NCBI GenBank assembly: GCA_030614705.1
Contig: JAUWTN010000003.1
Span: forward strand, 1-38,669
Source: Candidatus Aenigmatarchaeota archaeon
GTDB lineage: Archaea; Aenigmatarchaeota; Aenigmatarchaeia; QMZS01
Direction of reading: 5' to 3'
DNA: 38,669 bases
Shown here: positions 9,729 to 19,081 of the stretch, piece by piece
Numbering within the stretch: the first letter of the stretch is position 1
Layout of the letters: each line of letters opens with the position of its first letter
The notes under the pieces: model-generated
What the model was told of the DNA's origin: nothing
Database searches by the model: none
The model's input: the letters and a program-made list of their open reading frames with translations, nothing else
Translations under genes and position numbers: made by a program

Positions 9729-10258
9729 TGGGAATCCAAACAAATTGGCATGTTTTAACAGGGGGTCCATGTTCTGGTAAATCAAAAGTCATTGAATACA
9801 TCAAATCCAAAGGACACAATACATCCAAAGAAGTTGCAAGAAATATAATAGATAATGGGATTGCAAATGGAAAAACTGTGGAAGAAATCAGAGAAAATAC
9901 AATAAAATTTCAAAATGACATCCTAAACCTTAAGATTAAACTTGAAAATAATCTAGATCCAAAACAGACAATTTTTCTTGACCGGGGAATTCCTGATTCA
10001 ATTGTTTATTTCAAAGAAGCTGGACTTGATATAAATATTGCAATTAAAGAGTCCAATAAAAGACAATACAAAAAAGTTTTCTTTCTTGAACAACCACCCA
10101 TCAAAAATGATTACGCAAGAACAGAAGATGTAAAAACCTCAAAAAGAATCAGCAAACTCCTGTTTAAAGCGTACCTTGATTTGGGGTATAATTTAATAAC
10201 CGTGCCGGTAACCAAAATAATTGAGGAAAAAGCCGAGATTATTTTAAATAATTTATGA
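9728..10258 (+). CDS. P-loop ATPase/kinase (AAA_28, NadR-like)
   Basis: Walker A VLTGGPCSGKS, plus EVAR, FLDRGIPD and DYARTE. TAATG overlap with the upstream gene. Confidence 0.82.
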   Translation: MGIQTNWHVLTGGPCSGKSKVIEYIKSKGHNTSKEVARNIIDNGIANGKTVEEIRENTIKFQNDILNLKIKLENNLDPKQTIFLDRGIPDSIVYFKEAGLDINIAIKESNKRQYKKVFFLEQPPIKNDYARTEDVKTSKRISKLLFKAYLDLGYNLITVPVTKIIEEKAEIILNNL

Positions 10259-10263
10259 ATTAT

Positions 10264-10278
10264 AAGAAATTTATTAAG
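10264..10278 (+). promoter_or_regulatory. Putative BRE/TATA promoter of tRNA-His
   Basis: AAGAAA-TTTATTAAG about 27-40 nt upstream of the tRNA. The AT-rich background limits specificity. Confidence 0.35.
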
Positions 10279-10304
10279 AATAAAATAATTTAAATATCTT
10301 TTAT

Positions 10305-10487
10305 GGCCGGGATGGTGTAGCCAACTCTTTTCTCGCTTTAATCTAAAGAATAACAGAAAAGGGTCTATAAGGTAGCATGAGAGACTGTGGAGAACCTATC
10401 GAGCCATAGGCGAAGATAGGATAAATGATTGAACTGTTTGCAGTTCATAGAAATCTCTTAGGGGGGGTTCAAATCCCCCTCTCGGCC
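10305..10487 (+). tRNA. tRNA-His(GTG) with encoded G-1 and two BHB introns (10323-10370 at position 17/18; 10391-10452 at position 37/38)
   Basis: Acceptor GCCGGGA/TCTCGGC plus C73, D-stem GTGT/GCAT, anticodon arm AGAGA-CTGTGGA-TCTCT after splicing, T-arm GGGGG-TTCAAAT-CCCCC. No encoded CCA. Confidence 0.92.
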
Positions 10488-10550
10488 CTATTTTTTAAAT
10501 TGTTTCTTATAAATTCCAAAATATTTATCTAAAACTCTTTACAAAAATTG

Positions 10551-12104
10551 TTAATCTCGGTTTGATATCCTTTTTGTTTTCATGTGATTTACTATATCCC
10601 TGATTTTATCCTTTTTCAAATAGACCAACACACCTAATCCAACCATTAAAAGAATTAACAAATAAACCCCGTAATTTGATTCTCCTTGTTTCGATGAATT
10701 GCATATTAAAGAAGTTGAATTGCAACCATATTCGCAGGTTTGAATTGCTATCCATTTGTTATCTCCACATTCCTGCAATATCTCTCCTAAACATCTCTTA
10801 GCCCCTTCATCACATATTCTTTCAGATATTTCCAGTCCTTCATCTCCCTCAATAATAGAGTCTCCTAAACTCTCCGCATAGAACTCCACAAAAGTATCAT
10901 TTATTAACTCCACCTCTTTTTCTCCGAAAACTTCGTAAGTTATAATAACTTCATTTCCTTCGCTCAATTCTGAATAAATAAATAAATATTCCGGATCATT
11001 TTCAACAATTTCTATTGTTGCTCCTAAAGCTGTTACGGTAATTAAATCCGTTGAATTTGCAAATGCTTTTGGAATAGAATCATAAATAATAAAGTTCTTC
11101 GCTGTTTCATTTCCACTGTATTTTATTTTCATTGATAATCTGGATCTATTTTGCTCTGCCTTGAATTCTCTTGTTGCTTCCAAATCAGAAGTTATACTCG
11201 CAGACAATCTCAACATATTCTGCTTTGCCTGTTCGCTCATTTTTCCCTTTGCAAGAACCTTTTCTATTGCTGCCTGCAATCTTAAATTATTTCTTAAACC
11301 AACACCCGGGATTAATTCAAGTTTCTTTGTTGCATTTTTTAATACTTCTTTCTTTGGTAGAATGGAAATACCTCCAGGACTGCTTCCACCCCCATCATCA
11401 TTATTATCCTCATCTCCACCAGGAATATCCACAGAAATCTCCTCAGACACAGAATCCGCATTTGAAGACACAACCTGAACTGTTAAAGTTCCTGAAGCAC
11501 CTTCAGACAGGGTTATTTTCCATGATGCTGCTTTTGTTTCACCTGAACCACCCTCACCACCAGAGATATCACCTAAATTTATGGAGCTTGAACCCGTAAC
11601 AGTTACACCTGAAAGAGAAGAAATAGTGGCAACACAATTTTCTGCGTCAGTTTCTCCCCAATTCTGCACAGTTATCTGAACAGTCTCACTGCCAGAAGAC
11701 ATTATTGTGCTAATTGGGGTAACAGATAAACTCAATGAAGGTGGAGAAACAACATCAAAATAATCTGAATCTGAAGACTCTGATCCTGATTGTGTAGTTA
11801 CAGTAACACTTATCTGTTGCATATTCAATTTTTCGTTTGCTTTCACAGTTGTCCATGAAACTGATGTTGTTCCTGAAGAAAAAGATTTTTCCTCAGATTC
11901 TTCCACACTGAATCCCGAAGGTAAATTAATTTTTGCTGTTCCGCTTTCAGACAACCCATTGACAGTTACAGTAAAAGCAATACCCTGCATAACGGTTCCT
12001 TCATTTGAACCTGGTTGTGATACAGAAACCATATAAGAACCAGCAGAAACCAATTGTAGACTCAACAAACAAAGCATCATCCCAATCAACAGTTTTCTTA
12101 TCAT
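10551..12104 (-). CDS. Secreted, C-terminally membrane-anchored surface protein (517 aa)
   Basis: Signal peptide MIRKLLIGMMLCLLSLQLVSA, Ser/Thr-rich beta domains (CARDB-like), acidic/Gly-Ser linker, Cys-rich module, then TM YGVYLLILLMVGLGVLVYL and a basic tail. ATGA overlap with the upstream frame. Confidence 0.85.
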   Translation of the reverse strand: MIRKLLIGMMLCLLSLQLVSAGSYMVSVSQPGSNEGTVMQGIAFTVTVNGLSESGTAKINLPSGFSVEESEEKSFSSGTTSVSWTTVKANEKLNMQQISVTVTTQSGSESSDSDYFDVVSPPSLSLSVTPISTIMSSGSETVQITVQNWGETDAENCVATISSLSGVTVTGSSSINLGDISGGEGGSGETKAASWKITLSEGASGTLTVQVVSSNADSVSEEISVDIPGGDEDNNDDGGGSSPGGISILPKKEVLKNATKKLELIPGVGLRNNLRLQAAIEKVLAKGKMSEQAKQNMLRLSASITSDLEATREFKAEQNRSRLSMKIKYSGNETAKNFIIYDSIPKAFANSTDLITVTALGATIEIVENDPEYLFIYSELSEGNEVIITYEVFGEKEVELINDTFVEFYAESLGDSIIEGDEGLEISERICDEGAKRCLGEILQECGDNKWIAIQTCEYGCNSTSLICNSSKQGESNYGVYLLILLMVGLGVLVYLKKDKIRDIVNHMKTKRISNRD

Positions 12105-13249
12105 ATTTTATCCATATCGCAATTACCAACCCTAAAATGTTCTCTTATTTTTTCTGTTCCCTTATCACTTTCAAGGTTTATTACAACCATATATTCCCCA
12201 TCAACCCATGAAGAACCCGGCAAGATTTTAAGCAATCCATATCCCTTCTCATTTGTCTGATTTAATACATAAGTTACACTATAATCACTACCCTCCTCAA
12301 GGATACTAAATCCAAATCCAAACATATAAATTTTCTCCACAGAAATATTTGCTCCTGAAATAGATGTTCTATTGAATTCGTAGGTTTTTATAACTACACC
12401 AAAAGTATCATTTTCATCAAGGCACCATTTATGCTTTGCAATTATCATTGAAGCATTGTTATAATACATAATTTCCCAGGAAGGTTGTTTCTCCCAAGAT
12501 AAGTTTTCTTGCTCTTCACCAAACCTGATTGAATCTGTCCAAATATCTGTTGGAAGACGGTTATAATATTCTTTATTGCCGGTTTCATCCCCATAGAAAT
12601 CATAATGATTATCCCCATCGCTTATCTCCGCAACTTCAGTATCATCATCCACTGCAAATTCTGTCAATTCCTGCACTCCATTATTCTTCCCATCATAGAC
12701 AACAATTGTGAAATTCTTGTTTGTAGATTTATTTAGGTCCAAATCCTGATTGCTCTCATTTATCATAGTATAATAACTTATTGTAGTGTCTGATAACCAT
12801 AATTTTACTCCCAAAGAAGATACATTTGCGGTTGTGATTCCTTCCCCTGGCCAAGGTCCTATTCCTGCAAGATATAATCCAGAAGTGAAATTCTCCCCAA
12901 CTTTCACTCCAACAGAATCAGAGAAATTTAAGTCTGTATCAAAAAATGCTGCGAGTGAGCATTCATCATCTGAACACGCAGGACTGCTCAGGTTCTTACC
13001 TTCTATTCCGCATGCAAGAATTACATTGTAAAGAGTACTGCTTATATTCAGTTTCTGCATATATCTCAACCTGTACTCATCACCCAACAAAGATAATATT
13101 TCAGAAGAATTAATCCCAGCAATTCCAAAGTCGAGATACCATTCCATATCAGAACAATTTGTTATTTTCAAAGTAATTAAAGTGTAATTCCTGTCAAAGG
13201 TTAAATTAATTTCACTTCCTTCTGAATATTCAACACCCAAATTACTCAT
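12101..13249 (-). CDS. Segment 4 of the interrupted giant surface protein
   Basis: The frame stays open upstream to TAG 13393. No signal peptide of its own. The confidence value is for it being an independent gene. Confidence 0.4.
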   Translation of the reverse strand: MSNLGVEYSEGSEINLTFDRNYTLITLKITNCSDMEWYLDFGIAGINSSEILSLLGDEYRLRYMQKLNISSTLYNVILACGIEGKNLSSPACSDDECSLAAFFDTDLNFSDSVGVKVGENFTSGLYLAGIGPWPGEGITTANVSSLGVKLWLSDTTISYYTMINESNQDLDLNKSTNKNFTIVVYDGKNNGVQELTEFAVDDDTEVAEISDGDNHYDFYGDETGNKEYYNRLPTDIWTDSIRFGEEQENLSWEKQPSWEIMYYNNASMIIAKHKWCLDENDTFGVVIKTYEFNRTSISGANISVEKIYMFGFGFSILEEGSDYSVTYVLNQTNEKGYGLLKILPGSSWVDGEYMVVINLESDKGTEKIREHFRVGNCDMDKI

Positions 13250-13390
13250 ATTGAAATAACAGGATTCGTTCTGGCTTATATAGAATTTTCCTGATGATTT
13301 GTTTAACAGGAAATACTTGTCTCCCCCATCCAGTTCCAGTGTTGTTATATTTGTAGAATCATTTCCAGGTCCAACAATTTCACAGCCTCC

Positions 13391-14977
13391 CTAAGGATGT
13401 GCTCCTCTCATAACACCCAAGACAGCCACACTACCACCACACCTGGTTTCATTTCTTAATTCATGAATATCCCCATAATTTTCCCACCCAAATCTTTCAA
13501 GTTTCACAGGTTCAAAACCTGAAATCATATGGGCATAACCTGAATAAGTAGTCACAAGATATTTTCTTGTTGTTGCTCTAGGCCATTTCCAGTCTTTCAT
13601 TTTCTCCATTCCTTCGCTTGATTCCGCAATAATTCCAAACGCATATCTGCCCGAAGAAATATTATAATCCTGCAGGTTAATTTTAATCTCACATAAATCA
13701 GAATTGCAGGTTGTTACATTTGAATTTATCAGGATTATCTGACCTGTTTCATCATTCCTCGCCTTATCTATTGTAAGATTTATTTCCCCGCTTCCCCCTC
13801 CAGGTCTTTTAACTATAACCGGAATTGTTATATTATCACCATATCTATAATCTCCAAGTTCAGGCCAGTCTCCTGTATTATTCCTGTAAAACATTATCTC
13901 AGTTCCTCTCGGGTCTATACTTAACAGGTACATTCCTTCAAATATTTCCCTCTCCGACTGGTTTGAATGAACAGAAATTATATTTCCGTTCAGGAAATTT
14001 TCAGAATCATTTGAAATAATCAAGGTATCATAAACTCCTTGTAAATTGGTGTCTGCAACAAGTAAATAAACCATATCCTCTTTAGTTTCTACTTCTCCTT
14101 TCATGAAGATTCCTGATTTTGAAAGAGAGGTATTTACAAAAATATAACTGCCTGCACTTACATTTATTCCGGATAAAGTAACCTCATTCTTTTTTATTAA
14201 AGTAATATTCCACAAAGCACCATAAGTATCCATTATTACCCCTCCTGTTGTGTTGTGAGGTGCATTTGTCATATTTGTTTCATTGGTAATCCACACAGTT
14301 GTTCCATTGTTATAAAAATAGACAGGTCTGTCCTGTGTGCAACCCTCATCATCGCATATTTCCCTGAAATATCTTTTTCCAAAATAGAAATTGCCATCTA
14401 ATTGTGGTGGGATAATCTCTATCAGTTCCTCTCCTTCGTGTGTACAGAATTCCCCGCAAATTCCGTTTGCTCTTTTAACTCTGAATTGTTGTTCATCAAC
14501 AGATACAACCTTCCAGTTTGTACCATTCAATTCAAACTCGTCGTCAGTTGTTAATGCGGATGATTCGGTTAAGTCTGTTGAGGCGTTAATCCAGACATGG
14601 GTGGAATTAGAAACTACATAAACTGTTTGTCCTTCATCACAAGATTCACCACCCCAATAATCTTTCCATTCCTTTTCAGATTCTACACAAAATCTCATTC
14701 CACGATTATTATCGTATTTATCAGACACATTCAACTCTAAAAATGGACTGCATTCTTCGCCCAAACAGATTTTAATTCTGTCTGCGAGCATAACTCTGAA
14801 AATATAATCATATGGATCACCATCCTCATACTTACCAACATCTAAAATCTTCCATTCCCTGCCACCAATAGTAAAACTATCTCCATCACTTAATCCCTGT
14901 GTAGAAGCCAGATTAACAGATGCATTAATCCATACGTGTGTTGTGTTTGATACAACATACACCGTACTGCCATTCAC
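13391..14977 (-). CDS. Segment 3 of the interrupted giant surface protein
   Basis: The GTG start falls inside a repeat unit. Carries VYVVSNxTHVWINAS repeats. Confidence 0.4.
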   Translation of the reverse strand: MNGSTVYVVSNTTHVWINASVNLASTQGLSDGDSFTIGGREWKILDVGKYEDGDPYDYIFRVMLADRIKICLGEECSPFLELNVSDKYDNNRGMRFCVESEKEWKDYWGGESCDEGQTVYVVSNSTHVWINASTDLTESSALTTDDEFELNGTNWKVVSVDEQQFRVKRANGICGEFCTHEGEELIEIIPPQLDGNFYFGKRYFREICDDEGCTQDRPVYFYNNGTTVWITNETNMTNAPHNTTGGVIMDTYGALWNITLIKKNEVTLSGINVSAGSYIFVNTSLSKSGIFMKGEVETKEDMVYLLVADTNLQGVYDTLIISNDSENFLNGNIISVHSNQSEREIFEGMYLLSIDPRGTEIMFYRNNTGDWPELGDYRYGDNITIPVIVKRPGGGSGEINLTIDKARNDETGQIILINSNVTTCNSDLCEIKINLQDYNISSGRYAFGIIAESSEGMEKMKDWKWPRATTRKYLVTTYSGYAHMISGFEPVKLERFGWENYGDIHELRNETRCGGSVAVLGVMRGAHP

Positions 14978-15560
14978 ACTGCCAGGACATTCTCCTGTTA
15001 CGCATCTATATTGTTTTGCTGTTTATTTATTCTGTGGGCCTTCATCACAATGACCTGCAACTCCATCTACGCTTTCATATAAAATGCATTGTACATTTAC
15101 GAAATTTTGCGGATATGTTAAACTTACATTAAATCTATAGTCCACATCATTACAATCAAAATTACTTACAATACCTCTCTCAACAAAATCCTCTGCAGAT
15201 ATTATCATCTTATTTGCATCATCAACCAAATAACAACCGCCCTCATCACACACATCCCTTTCTCCAATATTTCTTATGAACCATGTCCTGCCTCCCGCGG
15301 TGAAATTATCACCAATAGTTTTATTTATAGTGGAAGTCATATCCACAGGACTAACAGTTAAATTATTCTCTATTTTTATCCATAAATGAGTTGCGTTGGA
15401 GACAATATAGGTGGTATTGGAATCTACAGGACAACCATTAGGTTCTGGATTTGTCCAACTTCCATTTGGCAATATGCAATAAACTCTCGCAGTATTATTG
15501 TCATATTTCTGAGATACAGTAAAATTCCAACAATTCTTACAAGACCCATCACACCAGAGA
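14200..15560 (-). repeat. Four degenerate protein-level repeats of roughly 100-150 aa
   Basis: Cores TTYIVSNATHLWI, TVYVVSNTTHVWI, TVYVVSNSTHVWI and PVYFYNNGTTVWI, each followed by GxxW and preceded by Cys residues. Boundaries are approximate. Confidence 0.75.
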
Positions 15561-16459
15561 CTTATATTATTTGTGCCCCCAGAGCAGGATACATTGTCGC
15601 TCTCTAAGTGCCTCGTTCTTTCTATGTCTACATATACTGTTCGAGAATTATATGCATCATCGTGCAACCACCTCTCATTGTCGCATCTATCCTGATCATT
15701 ACCAACAGAAAAATCTTTATAAATTACTTCCTGCTCGTGTATATGGTAATTATTTATCTCAGGAACATTAAGAACCAAATCTTTTATCCTGAACATCATT
15801 TCCTCATCTACTATACTTCCGCCAATCTCCTCTATTTCAAAAACAACAAAGTATTTATCAGAAGTGAAGTTCTCCAAATAAAGAGTCAAATTGCAGATAT
15901 TGCCAATACAACTGACATCAAATGCATCTTCCAGACCCATATCCGGCATTTTTGCTTCTTCATCAAAAACTTCGAATATTGTTATATTCATCAGATTATG
16001 TGGCTGTGCACAGGAACCATCATCAGGAAGTTTGCATCCTTTAAAAATAATTGTAAGATTTTGGTTTCTTGAGAAAACGGGCCCTTCTTTATCATCTTCC
16101 TCATCCAAACCACCTTCAACAGACAGTTCAATATTATATTCTGAGAAAGAGAACCAGAAAGTTCCAAAGTCTTCCTTACCGTCATATTCTCCATTTATTA
16201 TAGCATAAATATCTGAGGTATCATTCTCATCTATATTTATTGATATATTATAGATTTTCATAGGCATACCAGGCCCTTCTCCAGGCCCTTCATCCAAACT
16301 GACATTAGCAATAAAAGTATCAACAACACTATAAGAGACCTTTTCCGTAGGAGACATAAAATCCTGCATTTTCATCATAGAATCTATGCTGAAATCCACA
16401 TCACCAAGGTTAATAGGCTGCCAATCTGAAACATCATTTGCAAAAATACCAAACAACAC
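15023..16459 (-). CDS. Segment 2 of the interrupted giant surface protein
   Basis: In frame with segment 1, 8 codons after its TAA. Acidic and Cys-rich. Confidence 0.4.
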   Translation of the reverse strand: MLFGIFANDVSDWQPINLGDVDFSIDSMMKMQDFMSPTEKVSYSVVDTFIANVSLDEGPGEGPGMPMKIYNISINIDENDTSDIYAIINGEYDGKEDFGTFWFSFSEYNIELSVEGGLDEEDDKEGPVFSRNQNLTIIFKGCKLPDDGSCAQPHNLMNITIFEVFDEEAKMPDMGLEDAFDVSCIGNICNLTLYLENFTSDKYFVVFEIEEIGGSIVDEEMMFRIKDLVLNVPEINNYHIHEQEVIYKDFSVGNDQDRCDNERWLHDDAYNSRTVYVDIERTRHLESDNVSCSGGTNNISLWCDGSCKNCWNFTVSQKYDNNTARVYCILPNGSWTNPEPNGCPVDSNTTYIVSNATHLWIKIENNLTVSPVDMTSTINKTIGDNFTAGGRTWFIRNIGERDVCDEGGCYLVDDANKMIISAEDFVERGIVSNFDCNDVDYRFNVSLTYPQNFVNVQCILYESVDGVAGHCDEGPQNK

Positions 16460-16483
16460 ATTACAGACAACAGGATAAACTAT

Positions 16484-18976
16484 TTACCGGTCAAAAGCCC
16501 ATATAGATTTTGTTCCATTGTAAATAACAGGCAGAACATTTATGAAGAAATTCCTTATCTCAAATCCACCCCATCCAAAATATTCATCCCCTGTATCATT
16601 ATTCCTCAAAATAATATCAACTCCATACCATCCAGTTGGAAGGTTTCCGGTTATTGTGAGATTTGCTCCTGAAGTAGTGCTCATTATTACAGTGGAACTT
16701 GAATTAAAATCACCTGAATCAAATTCTTTCATCAACTGGTCATTTCTTAAATGATTTACTTCAACTATCAACCCCTCGCATCCAGAACACATTGGAGAAG
16801 AACTGTCTGCAAACTCAGGATCAGCCACAGTTACTCTCAAAGTAACCGGTTCTCCTTCTTTTGTGAACCACATTCCTTCCTCTGCATTTACAGGTTCAGC
16901 AAATATAATATATTTCTTGACCATGAAAAAAGATTCTCCTGTACCATACTCATTACTACCTTCATAATCCGCCTTATACCTGAATTTAATAAAATAAAAT
17001 CCCTCACTGGAAGGAGAATTAAACGATAATGTTGAATTTGCAAAAGATTCATTTATATTGTTTCTATAAACCGAGTCTGAAAATACATTTTCATAATTAG
17101 GAAACTCCCTATGAATCTCCATTATGCTGATATCAAGCAAAGCAGAAGAATTCAATTTTTCTCTTGTCTTTAAATCAGTTAAGTCAATTTTTATTTTTGC
17201 AGTTGTATTTGGTTTTAAAAACCATATAGATTCACCATTTTCACCAATCAAAGAACCTTCTGCGATTAAATGCTGGATTCCAAAAAATGTTGAGCTAGTA
17301 AGTTCATCATCTAATTTTACCTTTACATTATAAACACCTGTCTTATTTAAATTATTAATTATTAAAATACATTGGTCCGCCATTTCTGCCGGGGTACCCT
17401 CCATAGGGACATTGGATAAATTCAGAGCCTCAGTGAAATTATAAAAATTATAATCAACCAAATCTTTATAAGAATTCCCAAGTTCATCAACGATATCAAT
17501 TAAACTGAGTCTTGAACAGTTGTGTGTTGAATTAATTATTGGTATTGTATCTGGTCCATTTGGACCAAAACCATTTTCTGATAATTGCATTATTGCAACA
17601 GTAACATTATCCTCAGGGGAAAATGCACTAACCGTGACACCAGATCCACCCTTATCCATTTTATCAATAAAATTCATATTTACAGCTACCAAAAAAAGTG
17701 ATGATGAAGAAATAGAAAAGCCCATAACAAAACTCTGCTCTTGGGTATTGTGCGTTCCTTTTAGCTCTAATTTATATATCCCCTCTTCTTCTGTATTATT
17801 ATAGGTCCCTTTATATACGCCATCACTCTCTTTTGTTAAACTAATTGTACTTTTAACCCCTTTCGGAGTTATTATCTCTGCAATTGGATAACTTGGATTA
17901 ATTAAATTGCCATTATTATCCTTCGCTATTGCAACAATTGATACAGTAGAATTTTTGGAAAACTGGGAAGTAACAATCCCAACTCTATTTGTTGCATACC
18001 CATACAACTTAAACGAATCTACGAAAATATCAATTAAATTCAGATTATTATTTAGAGAAATTGTATATTTTCCTGTATTGGAAATATTGAATATAAATCT
18101 TACATAACCTGCACTATTTGTTGTGTTTGAATTTGTTGATATTGAATTTCCTGAAGAATCCCTGAGAGAAAAATCTATGGTGCAATTTGTACAGAAACTT
18201 AGGTTTTCATAAATAGCAAGCACAAACATATTCGTTTCTACAGTGAAATCATATTCATCTTTTAACTCAATCAGTATAATCTTTTTACCGTCAGAGTTTA
18301 TACCCGCCACAAGATATTTCGTGCCATTTAAAACTACAATTTTATTTATCCCTGATTCCTGCTCCACTTCATTACCAACATCTTCAGAAGTATTATACAA
18401 TGCAAAATTAGGATCATCATCTATATATAAAGTATCAAAACCTCCTGCCTTGTTTCTGTCAAGAACCGCAAAATAATAAGTATCCAATCCAATAACATAG
18501 GTTCCATTATAAACAGCAGATTTGTTCAGGTTATGTAAATCAGAAAAATTACTTCCTGTTGCCAAAGTTGTTGTATTCACAACAATAACACTATTACTGC
18601 TGTTTCCTGTAAAAAAAGATATAAGATTAAACTTCTGTTCTAAGATTCTAAACTTTATTTTTACTTCTTCTGAACTTGTGGAAAGCAATGCATAATATTC
18701 TCCTTCAGTATAATTGGTCAAAGAAAATGATATATCAAAAGAGGTATTGACAGAATAATCTGTTGAATTTTTCAATGTATCTGAAGAATTATAAATTTTT
18801 AGAGTTAATATTGTTGAACTGCTTAAATCTCCACTTAGTATTAAATTTTCATCAGGCGTGTATATTATTTTTGATGAGGTTACCATCAAAGCATTTACAG
18901 GAGATAATAATAAAAATATTAACAATAAAGATAAAAATAATTTTGGTTTTGTAAATCTTATAGAATAAATAAACAT
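16484..18976 (-). CDS. Segment 1 (N-terminal, signal peptide) of the interrupted giant surface protein
   Basis: Signal peptide KPKLFLSLLLIFLLLSPVNA, MG2/Ig-like starts (SKIIYTPDENL), many N-x-S/T sequons. Confidence 0.6.
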   Translation of the reverse strand: MFIYSIRFTKPKLFLSLLLIFLLLSPVNALMVTSSKIIYTPDENLILSGDLSSSTILTLKIYNSSDTLKNSTDYSVNTSFDISFSLTNYTEGEYYALLSTSSEEVKIKFRILEQKFNLISFFTGNSSNSVIVVNTTTLATGSNFSDLHNLNKSAVYNGTYVIGLDTYYFAVLDRNKAGGFDTLYIDDDPNFALYNTSEDVGNEVEQESGINKIVVLNGTKYLVAGINSDGKKIILIELKDEYDFTVETNMFVLAIYENLSFCTNCTIDFSLRDSSGNSISTNSNTTNSAGYVRFIFNISNTGKYTISLNNNLNLIDIFVDSFKLYGYATNRVGIVTSQFSKNSTVSIVAIAKDNNGNLINPSYPIAEIITPKGVKSTISLTKESDGVYKGTYNNTEEEGIYKLELKGTHNTQEQSFVMGFSISSSSLFLVAVNMNFIDKMDKGGSGVTVSAFSPEDNVTVAIMQLSENGFGPNGPDTIPIINSTHNCSRLSLIDIVDELGNSYKDLVDYNFYNFTEALNLSNVPMEGTPAEMADQCILIINNLNKTGVYNVKVKLDDELTSSTFFGIQHLIAEGSLIGENGESIWFLKPNTTAKIKIDLTDLKTREKLNSSALLDISIMEIHREFPNYENVFSDSVYRNNINESFANSTLSFNSPSSEGFYFIKFRYKADYEGSNEYGTGESFFMVKKYIIFAEPVNAEEGMWFTKEGEPVTLRVTVADPEFADSSSPMCSGCEGLIVEVNHLRNDQLMKEFDSGDFNSSSTVIMSTTSGANLTITGNLPTGWYGVDIILRNNDTGDEYFGWGGFEIRNFFINVLPVIYNGTKSIWAFDR

Positions 18977-19081
18977 AATATTAGTTTAATATATATTTAT
19001 AATTAAAAGTATATTTTAAAAGATATATAATTTATTAATAAAAAATAATTAAATTGGTCCTAGTTGAGTTTACCTGCACTC

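Larger units (their letters stand above)
12101..18976 (-). pseudogene. One 2292-codon reading frame for a giant secreted multi-Ig-like protein, interrupted by 3 in-frame stops (pseudogene, readthrough or consensus error)
   Basis: Four track ORFs share one frame. The gaps translate openly apart from TAA 16484-16486, TAA 15023-15025 and TAG 13391-13393. Only the first piece has a signal peptide. Confidence 0.8.

Noticed and set aside
10461-10479. G7 and C5 homopolymer runs as a phase-variation tract
   Set aside because: They are the variable loop and T-stem of tRNA-His.
13385-13425. BHB mRNA intron removing the TAG (GGGTGT/ACATCC hairpin on the sense strand)
   Set aside because: The central helix is imperfect and the implied 31-nt excision would shift the frame. 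I saw no convincing BHB at the other two stops.
16268-16292. Short direct repeat GAAGGGCCTGG x2 on the minus strand
   Set aside because: It encodes an EGPGEGPG loop, has only two copies, and is not an array.
13391-16486. Selenocysteine, pyrrolysine or genome-wide stop reassignment as the cause of the in-frame stops
   Set aside because: Two of the three stops are TAA and none is TGA. TAA and TAG end normal genes here (TAA 1891-1893, TAG 7195-7197). No pyl or sel genes are in the window.
12101-18976. Complete diversity-generating retroelement
   Set aside because: No reverse transcriptase is in the window and I found no template/variable repeat pair by eye. A remote element cannot be excluded.
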